From Candidatus Falkowbacteria bacterium (GTDB lineage: Bacteria; Patescibacteriota; Patescibacteriia; UBA11705; JABHMO01): DNA of 64,000 bases. The notes beneath the pieces are model-generated. The model searched no databases. It saw only the letters and a program-made list of their open reading frames with translations, and was not told the origin of the DNA. The stretch is taken from contig JABHAL010000007.1 in the NCBI GenBank assembly GCA_018674305.1, positions 6,976 to 70,975 on the forward strand, written 5' to 3'. This document shows positions 49,839-59,415 of this stretch, one piece after another (the stretch's first letter is position 1; each line of letters begins with the position of its first letter). The translations under genes were made by a program, and so were the position numbers.

Positions 49839-51365
49839 ATGAAACTTGAGACAATAATTGGCTTGGAGCTCCACGTTCAGCTAAAAACCAAAACTAAAAT
49901 GTTTTGTTCCTGTTCCAATGCCGAAGCTGATCAACCAAATAAGAATATTTGTCCAATCTGCCTTGGTCATCCAGGAGTTCTACCAACTATAAACCAAGAA
50001 GCTGCCAGCATGGCCATCCGAGTAGCACTCGCTTTGAATTGTAAAATTGCCAACTTCACTAAATTTGATCGGAAAAATTACTTTTACCCAGACCTTCCAA
50101 AAGGTTATCAAATTTCACAATACGATAAACCAATTGCGGAACATGGCTGGATCGCCATTAATAACAAAGCTAAAGATGCTCTATCTGGTCGACTGGACAA
50201 AGAAGATGAACTCAAACGCATTGGTATCATTCGGTTACACATGGAGGAAGATTCGGCTAAATCAACTCATTCAGATAAAGACAGTTTAATTGATTATAAT
50301 CGTGGAGGAACACCACTAATTGAGATTGTAACCGCTCCCCATTTTTCGACTCCAGGAGAAGCTAAAGCTTTTGCACAAGAATTAAGATTAATCATGCGTC
50401 ACCTGGAAATATCTGATGCTGATATGGAGAAAGGTCACCTGCGTTGCGATGCTAACATTTCCCTTCGTCCTGAAGGAGATAGTAATTTATATCCCAAAGC
50501 CGAAATTAAAAATATCAATTCTTTTCGATCCATTGAAAGGGCCATGGCTCACGAGATTGAAAGACAAACCATTCTTTGGAGAGAAAACAATCCTCCGACC
50601 ACAGAAGAAACTCGAGGCTGGGACGACGCCAAGGGGCAAACTGTTTCACAGAGAACCAAAGAGCAGGAACATGATTATAGATATTTTCCTGAACCAGATT
50701 TACCACCATTAACCTTCACTGAAAAACAAATCGACGAATTTAAAGCTGAACAACATGAACTACCACAAGACAAACGTCGTCGTTTTATGGACATGTATGG
50801 CTTCACAGGAGAGGAATCAAAAATATTAACTGAGGAGAAAAAGTTATCTTTTTACGTTGAACAAATTATTTCTGAACTCAAAGACTGGCTTCATTCACTA
50901 GAAGGCATTGAAGGAACAGAAGAAGAAATCTGGAATAGAAATAAGAAAAAAATTATCAAGCTAGTAACCGGATGGATAATTAATAAGTTTTTACCACTAC
51001 TAGATGAACTAAAAATTCCGTTAACAAAAAATAAAATAACTGCCGAAAACTTTGCAGAATTTATTACTCTAATCTATCAAAATAAAGTTAACAGTGCTGC
51101 TGCACAAATGATTCTAAAGCAAATGGCCAAAACCGGAGCTGACCCCTCTCATGTAATGGACGACTTTGACTTAAGCCAAATTAGTTCAGAGAAAGATTTA
51201 GCAAGCATTATTCAAAAAGTCATAAAAGATAACCCCGAGCAAGTTGAACAATTCAAGGCTGGCAAAGAAACTGTTCTAAAATATTTTGTGGGACTAGTCA
51301 TGCGAGAAACCAAAGGTAAGGCTGACCCAAAGAAAACAGAAAAGCTACTTAAAGATAAACTGTAA
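49839..51365 (+). CDS. gatB: Asp/Glu-tRNA(Asn/Gln) amidotransferase subunit B
   Basis: 'MKLETIIGLELHVQL...MFCSCS...ICPICLGHPGVLP' at the N-terminus and a C-terminal YqeY-like domain. The start is the internal ATG at 49839. Extended -10 TGTTATAAT lies at 49783-49791. Confidence 0.9.
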   Translation: MKLETIIGLELHVQLKTKTKMFCSCSNAEADQPNKNICPICLGHPGVLPTINQEAASMAIRVALALNCKIANFTKFDRKNYFYPDLPKGYQISQYDKPIAEHGWIAINNKAKDALSGRLDKEDELKRIGIIRLHMEEDSAKSTHSDKDSLIDYNRGGTPLIEIVTAPHFSTPGEAKAFAQELRLIMRHLEISDADMEKGHLRCDANISLRPEGDSNLYPKAEIKNINSFRSIERAMAHEIERQTILWRENNPPTTEETRGWDDAKGQTVSQRTKEQEHDYRYFPEPDLPPLTFTEKQIDEFKAEQHELPQDKRRRFMDMYGFTGEESKILTEEKKLSFYVEQIISELKDWLHSLEGIEGTEEEIWNRNKKKIIKLVTGWIINKFLPLLDELKIPLTKNKITAENFAEFITLIYQNKVNSAAAQMILKQMAKTGADPSHVMDDFDLSQISSEKDLASIIQKVIKDNPEQVEQFKAGKETVLKYFVGLVMRETKGKADPKKTEKLLKDKL

Positions 51366-51387
51366 ACAATAAACTTTCAATATAAAA

Positions 51388-51426
51388 AGAGCGGACCTCA
51401 CGTGAGAAGTCCGCTCTTTGGTTTTA
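51388..51426. terminator. Bidirectional terminator GAGCGGAC..GTCCGCTC
   Basis: Flanked by an A-run and a T-run. It sits between the convergent gatB and the Cys-rich gene. Confidence 0.6.
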
Positions 51427-51996
51427 CCACTCGTAGCAGTAGTGATCCGTCGCGCAGAAGAAACCACCTGGGCAATCGTAATCACTCCAGCAAACTTCTT
51501 CTTCGTAGCAGTGTCCGTCTACGTCACAATAGTACCCAGCTACACAATCATAGTCTGAATAACAACCGTCCTCGTAGTCGTAACAACTACCATCATCTGC
51601 GCAATAGGAATTCGTTGGACAATCGTAATCATCCCAGCAACCGTAGTCCGAACTTGAATACCCCGACTCATGACAGTAGCCGTACATATCACAGTACGTA
51701 CCGTACGGACATTCGTCACTTGTGTAACAAGCGAATTCCACTGCTTCATAGCAGTAACCATCGGTGGCACAGTATGTATCGTACATACAATCACTGTCTG
51801 AGTAGCAATAGTCAGAAACCACAACGACCGAAGCACTCGGAGAAGAATAGGCATAGCAATATCCATCACTAGCACAATATTCATCCGAATAGCAGTCATA
51901 ATCATCCCAACAAGCTGGATAGCAATCAATGCAATCAAGAACGCACCCAGACATCAAAATTACCACAATCACAAAGATAAACAAATATCTCATCAC
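51424..51996 (-). CDS. Repetitive Cys/Tyr/Asp-rich secreted lipoprotein
   Basis: Signal peptide plus lipobox 'LMSGC'. It has about seven repeats of 'DYDC....YC..DG.CY' and about 30 Cys in 190 aa. Confidence 0.55.
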   Translation of the reverse strand: MMRYLFIFVIVVILMSGCVLDCIDCYPACWDDYDCYSDEYCASDGYCYAYSSPSASVVVVSDYCYSDSDCMYDTYCATDGYCYEAVEFACYTSDECPYGTYCDMYGYCHESGYSSSDYGCWDDYDCPTNSYCADDGSCYDYEDGCYSDYDCVAGYYCDVDGHCYEEEVCWSDYDCPGGFFCATDHYCYEW

Positions 51997-52493
51997 TCAC
52001 CTCCTGGTTATTCACCATTAACATTATACTATATTTAACAGTTGAGTATAGCAAATATAGCACAAAAAGTCAATACTAGATCAAAGATATTGCACGTATA
52101 TTACGCTAATATTAGACAAATATTATCATAACAGAAGCTGAATATTTGCTGAATATTTGTTCAATCTTTGATTTTAACATTGACATTCATTTTCAATTAT
52201 GATAATTTAATTTCGAGCCTTGATGATTGCTGCGGAAATTGCGATCGGATGGGTTTTGGGGCACGGTAACTCCTGGTGCTCAGTTATGTGAGCGAAAGCT
52301 CACTGAGATAAAACTGGGATTTTCTAAAGCCTTAGGGACAGCTTATTAGCCGATGTGCTTTCAAGCAAGAACACCGTGGGACAATGCGGTGATCAGGCAC
52401 CCAGGAATTTGCTTTTAGTGATTGGATCGATCCATAAAACGTTTTTCACAAAAAAGCTTTTTCCCGAAAGGTTACCACCGACCCAAACAAAAA

Positions 52494-52527
52494 AGTCTCG
52501 CAGTCAAACTGTGAGACTTTTCTTTTT
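52494..52527. terminator. Bidirectional terminator downstream of miaA
   Basis: AGTCTCGCAG..CTGTGAGACT stem with flanking A and T runs. Confidence 0.5.
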
Positions 52528-53521
52528 ATATAAAGTCGTTCACTAGATTATTCGCTTCATTATAATCCTTAATCCAATGGATTGTTTTATCTCTTTTGAA
52601 CCAGGTTAACTGCCGTTTGGCGTAACGGCGCGTATCTCGTTTAACTAAACGAACGGCCTCTACGCCGTTAATTTCATTATTTAAAAATTGACAAACCTGC
52701 CGATAACCAATACCGCTCATAGAAGAAGAACTACAGTCATAACCTTTTTTGATCAAAGACTTTACTTCTTCAACTAAACCTTCCTTCATCATTTGATCTA
52801 CTCGTTTGTCAATTTTTGCATACAGTTCTTCTCTTGGTAAAGCTATCCCAAGTTGTAAAAATTCAAATTCACCTTCCCCCACTTGAGGTTCCAATGGCTT
52901 TTTGGTTTTTAAAATAATTTCTGCCGCGCGCACAACTCTACGTGAATTGGAGGTGTCAATTTTATTTTCAATTCCTGGATCGATTTCCCTTATCTCACTT
53001 AGCAAAGCCTTAATCCCCTTTTTCTCAATCTGCTTTTCTAACCTGGCTCGAAGTTTCTCATCAAAACCGTCTAATAATTGATAATCATTTACCAATGCAG
53101 AAATATATAGTCCGGTTCCACCGACAATAATTGGCATCCGACTAGGATTGTCTTTTATAATTTGTTTAACTTGTTTTAACCAGTCGTCCAGACTAAACTC
53201 CTGATTCGGTTCAATAATATCCACCATGTATTCTTGAATTTGGTCCGAATGTTCCAAGTTTTTTTTCTTTAATCCTTGCTCCTTAATCTTTCCTGGCTCT
53301 TGGCTCTTGAATCCTGAATCCTCACCAACAAGATAATATTTTCCCTCTTTCCAAACACCTGGATCCTTGTTGGTGCCAATATCCATCTGTTTATAAACCT
53401 GGCGCGAATCTGCAGAAATCAAAAAACCGTTAAACTGTTTTGCGAGTTTGAGAGCGATACCTGATTTACCACTGGCGGTTGGACCAAGGACGATGATTAC
53501 TTTTTGTTTTTTCTTGTTCAT
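52526..53521 (-). CDS. miaA: tRNA dimethylallyltransferase
   Basis: 'VIIVLGPTASGKSGIALKLA' P-loop and 'ADSRQVYKQMDIGTNK'. The start is assigned to the ATG at 53521. Confidence 0.85.
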   Translation of the reverse strand: MNKKKQKVIIVLGPTASGKSGIALKLAKQFNGFLISADSRQVYKQMDIGTNKDPGVWKEGKYYLVGEDSGFKSQEPGKIKEQGLKKKNLEHSDQIQEYMVDIIEPNQEFSLDDWLKQVKQIIKDNPSRMPIIVGGTGLYISALVNDYQLLDGFDEKLRARLEKQIEKKGIKALLSEIREIDPGIENKIDTSNSRRVVRAAEIILKTKKPLEPQVGEGEFEFLQLGIALPREELYAKIDKRVDQMMKEGLVEEVKSLIKKGYDCSSSSMSGIGYRQVCQFLNNEINGVEAVRLVKRDTRRYAKRQLTWFKRDKTIHWIKDYNEANNLVNDFI

Positions 53522-53672
53522 AAAAACATTAAAACAATAACAATAAAACATTAACTGGTCAATAGGTTGACTTTATTCAAAATACAATTACTTAAACAAT
53601 CTATAAAGCTATTTTTTCATTTTAAAACCGTTCAAACGTTTGAACGGTTTATTGTTTTTTTGAAAATCTTTT

Positions 53673-53990
53673 TTAATTAATTCCATTTCCATCATTTCCT
53701 CTTGCCATAGTAGTTGCCCTTAGATTGAGCTCAATCATTTGTTGCTCTGACAAGTTAAAAATTGAACCAATTGTTTGATCATGACAAAATTCTAATACCC
53801 CCGCGGCAATTTCACTTGAGATAGCTAACTTTTCATCACTAGCAGTCCCATCAAACACATTACCTCCAGGAATATCATTTGTCCGACAAAATTTCATAAT
53901 ATCTGCCATCAACATTGCATGCATGGGCATATTGCCAGTTTTTCGTATCAGTTCAGCGCGTTCCAGCATTTTTCTAATATCTGCATTCAT
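53673..53990 (-). CDS. Hypothetical protein (105 aa)
   Basis: ORF only. Confidence 0.35.
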   Translation of the reverse strand: MNADIRKMLERAELIRKTGNMPMHAMLMADIMKFCRTNDIPGGNVFDGTASDEKLAISSEIAAGVLEFCHDQTIGSIFNLSEQQMIELNLRATTMARGNDGNGIN

Positions 53991-54038
53991 ATCTCCTCCC
54001 CAAATTTAGAGTGCCGTTCTTAATCTATTTTAACACAA

Positions 54039-55316
54039 CTACTTTATTAATTCACCATACAACAACCACTCTTGAGCTTTATTTACTTTTACCTTTATTA
54101 AATCGCCTACTTTCACATTGTCATTTTTCACTCGAACTCTTTTCATTTCCAAACTATTTCCCTCAGCATAACGAGTCGTCACTTTATCAATCAAAACCTC
54201 TACAACTTTATCTAAATACTTTTGATTTATTTCGAGAGCAATTTTTTTAACCAACGTTTGAATTTTATGCCAACGCCTTTTCTTTTCTTCATAGGAGACA
54301 TCATCTTTAAATTCTGCTGCTTTAGTTCCGCTTCTTGGTGAATACATGGCATGATAGGAAATATCTAATCTTAATTTTTCATATAATTTCAAAGTGTTTT
54401 CGAACTGTTCTTTTGTTTCTCCAGGAAATCCCACAATAATATCCGTTCCAATCGTAATCTCTGGTTTAATTTTTCTTAATTTTTTAATAAGTAATAAAAA
54501 GTCCTCCGCTGTATATTTTCGATTCATCTTTTTTAGTATTTGATTATCACCTGACTGTAAAGCTAAATGAAGATGATTAATCATTTTTGGCAAGGCTAAA
54601 GCTTGAATCACATCATCATGTAAATCTTTTGGGTGACTAGAAGTGAAACCAATTCGTTTTAAATCCTTTATTTGATCCACCTCCCAGAGAAGTTTGGCAA
54701 AATTTTGTTTAAATGGATTTTCAGCAGAAAAACCATTGCTGGGATTATATGAATTGACATTCTGACCTAGCAAATGAATTTCTTTTACACCAGAAGCAAC
54801 CAAACTTTTAACCTCCTCCACAACTTTTTTAACCGGGCGACTAACTTCTCGACCACGAGCATATGGCACAGCGCAATAACTACAATAATTATTACAACCA
54901 GTCATAATTGGGACATATGCTAGATAATCTTTTTTTAATTTTGGTAGAGTGTCAAAATAGTTTTCACTGGTATACTCCTGTTTTGAGTGTAAGAACTTTT
55001 CTAGTTCACTCAATTTTTTTATATTAAAAACAAAATCAAACTTTTTTTGAAAACTTTTCTTATCTTCATCAAGCAAACAGCCAGTTAAAATAGTAGTAAG
55101 TTCTTTTTTTGATTTTAACATCTTACATTTTTTAACAATCCCCCAAATTCGATCAATTGCAGTTTGTCTTACGCTACAAGCATTTACCACGATAAAATCT
55201 GCTTGCTCCATTTTCTCTACTAGTGAATAACTTAGGTGTTCAAAAACAGCCGCCACTCTTTCAGAATCCGACTTATTCATTTGACAACCATAAGTTATAA
55301 CATGATATGTTTTCAT
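54039..55316 (-). CDS. miaB: tRNA methylthiotransferase (radical SAM; MiaB/RimO family)
   Basis: 'YHVITYGCQMN' N-terminal Cys triad and 'IMTGCNNYCSYCAVPYARGRE' radical-SAM CxxxCxxC. ATG at 55316. Confidence 0.85.
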   Translation of the reverse strand: MKTYHVITYGCQMNKSDSERVAAVFEHLSYSLVEKMEQADFIVVNACSVRQTAIDRIWGIVKKCKMLKSKKELTTILTGCLLDEDKKSFQKKFDFVFNIKKLSELEKFLHSKQEYTSENYFDTLPKLKKDYLAYVPIMTGCNNYCSYCAVPYARGREVSRPVKKVVEEVKSLVASGVKEIHLLGQNVNSYNPSNGFSAENPFKQNFAKLLWEVDQIKDLKRIGFTSSHPKDLHDDVIQALALPKMINHLHLALQSGDNQILKKMNRKYTAEDFLLLIKKLRKIKPEITIGTDIIVGFPGETKEQFENTLKLYEKLRLDISYHAMYSPRSGTKAAEFKDDVSYEEKKRRWHKIQTLVKKIALEINQKYLDKVVEVLIDKVTTRYAEGNSLEMKRVRVKNDNVKVGDLIKVKVNKAQEWLLYGELIK

Positions 55317-55429
55317 ACGTACAAAATAGCATAATTTACACAATTATTCAAGCTTGACAAAACTCTTCAAATTACGCAAAATATATGCTACAATGTCAAA
55401 GAATTTAAGATTTTGAAATTCGCTTATAT

Positions 55430-55831
55430 ATGTTGATTCATTTCCATCAATTTATCAATAAGTTAAAAAACACTCCCGCCTGGAAAAATAAGTTAATTTT
55501 GATTTCCAGTGGGATTGGTATTTTAATTAATATTTTGATCTGGTTGCTAATTTATTACAAGTTCTACCCAGCAGTTTATAACCTACCAGAAGAACAAGCT
55601 TTTATTCCCTTGCATTATAATATTTATTTAGGCATTGATCTTTTTGGTCGCTGGCAAAAAATATTCTACTTACCTGGAATTGGCTTAGCAATTTTTCTAA
55701 TAAACACAATTTTTGCGCTGATTATCTACAACAAAAAAGAACTGGTCAGCTACTTTCTAACAATTACTTCAACTGTGTGCCAAGTATTATTATTTTTCTC
55801 AACATTACTAACAATTTTAATTAATATTTAG
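55430..55831 (+). CDS. Small membrane protein
   Basis: 133 aa with 4 TM helices. Confidence 0.4.
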   Translation: MLIHFHQFINKLKNTPAWKNKLILISSGIGILINILIWLLIYYKFYPAVYNLPEEQAFIPLHYNIYLGIDLFGRWQKIFYLPGIGLAIFLINTIFALIIYNKKELVSYFLTITSTVCQVLLFFSTLLTILINI

Positions 55832-55833
55832 TT

Positions 55834-56883
55834 ATGGAAACAGCCCTAGTATTTAAAATCGGACTTTTAAGTCTTTTTTCTTTCTTAATTGCTTTTTTTT
55901 CAACTCCGCTATTAACTCATTTTTTGTACAAATATAAAATGGGAAAGCAAATCCGAGACTCTAAGTCAGCTCCAATTTTTGCTTCCCTACACAAAGCAAA
56001 GTCAGGTACCCCAACCATGGGTGGGATTTTAATTTGGGCGCCTGTACTATTCTTAGCTCTACTCTTCCCTTTTCTAGAAATGTTCTGGCCCGGAAGCGTT
56101 GTCAGTAAATTAAACTTTTTGACCCGAGAACAAACCTTATTGCCACTAGGTCTATTAATGTTTGCTGCCGTTGTCGGTCTGATCGATGATTATCTAGGTG
56201 TTCGAAAAATAGGTCCCAAAGGAGGTGGTCTAAGCGTTATTTACCGACTTAGCCTGTACACTATCATTGCGGCCATTGGTGCGCTATGGTTTTATTTCAA
56301 GTTAGATTGGGACGTTTTTCATGTACCCTTTGTCGGCAATTTTGAAATTGGTTTTTGGTATATTCCATTATTTGTTTTCATAATCGTGGCTACTGCTTTT
56401 TCAGTCAACGAAATTGATGGTCTCGATGGTCTTGCTGGTGGAACTTTAGCCACAACTTTTGCAGCACTAGGTGCCATTTGCTTTGCTCAAGGGAAATTTG
56501 AATTAGCTGCTATGTGTGGCGTTATCATGGGAGCCCTGGTGGCTTTTTTATGGTTCAATATCAATCCAGCCCGCTTCTTTATGGGTGACACTGGAGCAAT
56601 GAGCTTAGGAATAACCGTTGGAATCATTGCTATGTTAACCAATACAGCATTGCTATTACCCATAATCGGATTACTCTTTGTAATTGAATCTTTATCTGTA
56701 ATAATTCAAGTGTTGTCAAAAAAAATTCGCAAAAAGAAAGTCTTTCTTTCAGCTCCGATTCATCACCATTTTCAAGCTCTTGGCTGGCCAGAGCAAAAAG
56801 TTGTTATGCGATTTTGGCTAATTTCTTCAATTACTGCAGTGGCCGGTGTAATAGTTTTTCTATTAGATAAAGGCTGGTATTAA
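55834..56883 (+). CDS. mraY: Phospho-N-acetylmuramoyl-pentapeptide transferase
   Basis: 'VNEIDGLDGLAGG', 'IDDYLGV' and 'HHHFQALGWPEQKVVMRFW' MraY signatures. Confidence 0.88.
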   Translation: METALVFKIGLLSLFSFLIAFFSTPLLTHFLYKYKMGKQIRDSKSAPIFASLHKAKSGTPTMGGILIWAPVLFLALLFPFLEMFWPGSVVSKLNFLTREQTLLPLGLLMFAAVVGLIDDYLGVRKIGPKGGGLSVIYRLSLYTIIAAIGALWFYFKLDWDVFHVPFVGNFEIGFWYIPLFVFIIVATAFSVNEIDGLDGLAGGTLATTFAALGAICFAQGKFELAAMCGVIMGALVAFLWFNINPARFFMGDTGAMSLGITVGIIAMLTNTALLLPIIGLLFVIESLSVIIQVLSKKIRKKKVFLSAPIHHHFQALGWPEQKVVMRFWLISSITAVAGVIVFLLDKGWY

Positions 56884-56904
56884 CCCTATAATATCCAATA
56901 CGCA

Positions 56905-58248
56905 ATGCCAAATAAAACATTACCAAACTATAAAAATAAAAAAATTCTAATCTTAGGATTAGGTTTACTTGGTCGTGGTCTCAAAGACGCGATTTTTTTT
57001 GCTGAGAAAGGCGCGCAAGTCACAGTTACAGATTTGAAAACTGCCGAAGAACTTGAAACCTCACTAGAAAAACTAAAACCTTATTCAAATATCAAATATA
57101 CACTGGAAGAACACAAAGAAGAAGACATTCTAAGTGCAGACTTGATCATTCGCAATGCAGGAATTCCACTAAAGTCCCCCTTTTTGAAATTAGCTTTCAA
57201 AAATAACATTCCCGTTGATATGGACGAATCATTATTTGCTGAATATTGTCCCTGTCCAATTATTGGTATAACTGGGACTCGTGGTAAAAGTACAACCACC
57301 ACAATAATTGGACAAATGCTGCAAAAAATTTGGGCAAATGAAAAAAGGAATGTTTATATTTCAGGAAATCTCCAAGGTGAAGCGACCTTACCCCTAATCA
57401 ATCAGGTAACAAAAAATGATTTAGTCGTTTTGGAATTATCCAGTTGGCAATTACAAGGATTCGGCTGGAAAAAAATCAGTCCACACATTGCTGTTTTCAC
57501 TAATATCTTTCCAGATCATCTCAATAGCTACAAATCCATGCGCGAGTATATTAATGACAAAAAACTAATTTTTCAAAATCAAAAAAAATCTGACTACTGT
57601 TTAATTAATGCTGAAAATAACTACACAAAAAAGATTTCCTCTGAAATCAAATCAAAAACAATAAATTTTCACAAAAAGGATGTCCCAGCCTCCTGGAAAC
57701 TAAAAGTTGATGGAGCTCACAATCTAGAAAACTTGTCAGCCGCGTTAGCGGTAGGTAAAATTTTAGGTTTCACAAAAAAACACATGAGGGACTCAATCGA
57801 AGCTTTTTCAGGAATTGAACACCGACTAGAAAAAGTTGGCACTGTTAACGATATTAAATTTATAAATGACACCACTAGCACAACTCCAATAGCTGGAAAA
57901 ATGGCTCTAAATTCAGTCGAGCCTCCAGTTATACTTTTAGCTGGTGGAGCAACAAAAAATCTCAATCTGACAGAATTCGCAAGAACTATTGTTAAAAAAG
58001 TAAAAGTAGTTGTTCTTCTCGAGGGGTCTGCGACTGATGAACTTGAAAAGAAAATAATAAAATATGGCGGTAAAAACATTATTGCTGGTAGGTATAATGA
58101 TTTCAAGAAAGCGATTGAACACGCCTACAGCCTAAGCCTGCCTGGTGATACAATTCTACTTTCTCCAGGTTGCGCCAGCTTTGGAATGTTTATTAACGAA
58201 TTTGATCGTGGTGAGCAATTTAAAACTTTTGTTAAACAACTTAAATAA
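56905..58248 (+). CDS. murD: UDP-N-acetylmuramoylalanine--D-glutamate ligase
   Basis: Mur ligase P-loop 'IIGITGTRGKSTTTTI'. Position between mraY and ftsW. Confidence 0.85.
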   Translation: MPNKTLPNYKNKKILILGLGLLGRGLKDAIFFAEKGAQVTVTDLKTAEELETSLEKLKPYSNIKYTLEEHKEEDILSADLIIRNAGIPLKSPFLKLAFKNNIPVDMDESLFAEYCPCPIIGITGTRGKSTTTTIIGQMLQKIWANEKRNVYISGNLQGEATLPLINQVTKNDLVVLELSSWQLQGFGWKKISPHIAVFTNIFPDHLNSYKSMREYINDKKLIFQNQKKSDYCLINAENNYTKKISSEIKSKTINFHKKDVPASWKLKVDGAHNLENLSAALAVGKILGFTKKHMRDSIEAFSGIEHRLEKVGTVNDIKFINDTTSTTPIAGKMALNSVEPPVILLAGGATKNLNLTEFARTIVKKVKVVVLLEGSATDELEKKIIKYGGKNIIAGRYNDFKKAIEHAYSLSLPGDTILLSPGCASFGMFINEFDRGEQFKTFVKQLK

Positions 58249-59370
58249 ATGCACCAAAAAAGATCAAAATACCATTCTCCTGACATGCCCCTAATCGTAA
58301 CATTGGGGGTACTTATTGTCTTAGGCTTGATTGTCTTGTCGTCAGCTGGTACAGCAGTTGGTTATCAAAAGTTCAATGATAGTTACTATTTTGCAAAACA
58401 TCAAATTCTATTTGGGTTACTTCCAGGATTAGCTTTACTTTTTATTTTTGCTAGAATTAATTACCAAATTTGGAAGAAATTCATTTTGCCCTTATTAGCT
58501 GTTTCAATATTACTTTTGGTCATAGTTTTTATACCTGGTGTTGGTGTTCAATATGGAACGGCGAAAAGTTGGATCAACATGGGTGGATTCTCTTTTCAGC
58601 CAGCTGAACTTGTTAAATTGACCTTTTTATTGTACTTGGCAACCTGGTTAGAAAAACGAGGAACTTTCGGTGTTAAGGATTTGTATTCCGGATTTTTACC
58701 ATTTGTCTTTCTAATCGGTATAATTTCAGTATTGATGTTACTACAACCAGACATGGGAACTTTATCAATTATCATTTTCATGTGTATTGCAGTTTACTTT
58801 GCCTCAGGCGCAAAATTCAAACATGTGTTTTTTTTATTTCTGGCTGGCGCCAGCTCAATTTACCTTCTAATAATCAACTCTGCTTACCGAGCAGCCAGAT
58901 TAACCACTTTTCTACATCCAGAACTTGATCCGCAAGGAATTGGCTATCACATTAATCAGGCTTTTTTAGCAATTGGATCTGGTGGTTTTTGGGGACGAGG
59001 CTTTGGTCACTCCAGACAAAAATTTCAATATTTACCAGAAGCAACTGGTGATTCAATTTTCGCAATATACGCTGAGGAGCTAGGTTTTATTCTCTGTATC
59101 TTCTTGTTGGCATTATTTATTTTCCTAATGTATAGAGGATTAATAATTGCGAAACATTCTATTGATCAATTTGGTCGACTTGTGGCTACTGGTATTGTAA
59201 GTTGGTTAGTGTTTCAAGCATTTTTCAATATTGCTTCCATGTCTGGACTTTTACCGATGACCGGCATCCCCTTGCCATTCATAAGCTATGGGGGTTCAGC
59301 GCTAGCTGTAACTATGATGGCCATGGGCATATTAATAAATATTTCTAAACAAACAAAAATGCTAAAATAA
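58249..59370 (+). CDS. ftsW: SEDS family cell-division protein FtsW
   Basis: 'FQYLPEATGDSIFAIYAEELG'. Located in the mraY-murD-ftsW cluster. Confidence 0.85.
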   Translation: MHQKRSKYHSPDMPLIVTLGVLIVLGLIVLSSAGTAVGYQKFNDSYYFAKHQILFGLLPGLALLFIFARINYQIWKKFILPLLAVSILLLVIVFIPGVGVQYGTAKSWINMGGFSFQPAELVKLTFLLYLATWLEKRGTFGVKDLYSGFLPFVFLIGIISVLMLLQPDMGTLSIIIFMCIAVYFASGAKFKHVFFLFLAGASSIYLLIINSAYRAARLTTFLHPELDPQGIGYHINQAFLAIGSGGFWGRGFGHSRQKFQYLPEATGDSIFAIYAEELGFILCIFLLALFIFLMYRGLIIAKHSIDQFGRLVATGIVSWLVFQAFFNIASMSGLLPMTGIPLPFISYGGSALAVTMMAMGILINISKQTKMLK

Positions 59371-59415
59371 AAATCAGCTTTTCCAGCTGATTTTTACTTC
59401 ATGTGCTTTCCACTG

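Noticed and set aside
51402-51996. Overlapping ORFs 51402..51872(+) and 51540..51938(-) with low-complexity Arg/His/Asn-rich or Thr/Val-rich products
   Set aside because: These are frame artefacts of the codon-biased Cys/Tyr/Asp repeat gene on the minus strand.
33840-53310. Shared 13-mer 'gctcttgaatcct' between the island edge (about 33836-33850) and an insertion-like segment inside miaA (53296-53310)
   Set aside because: A single short match in AT/CT-rich sequence is likely chance. No flanking similarity was found.
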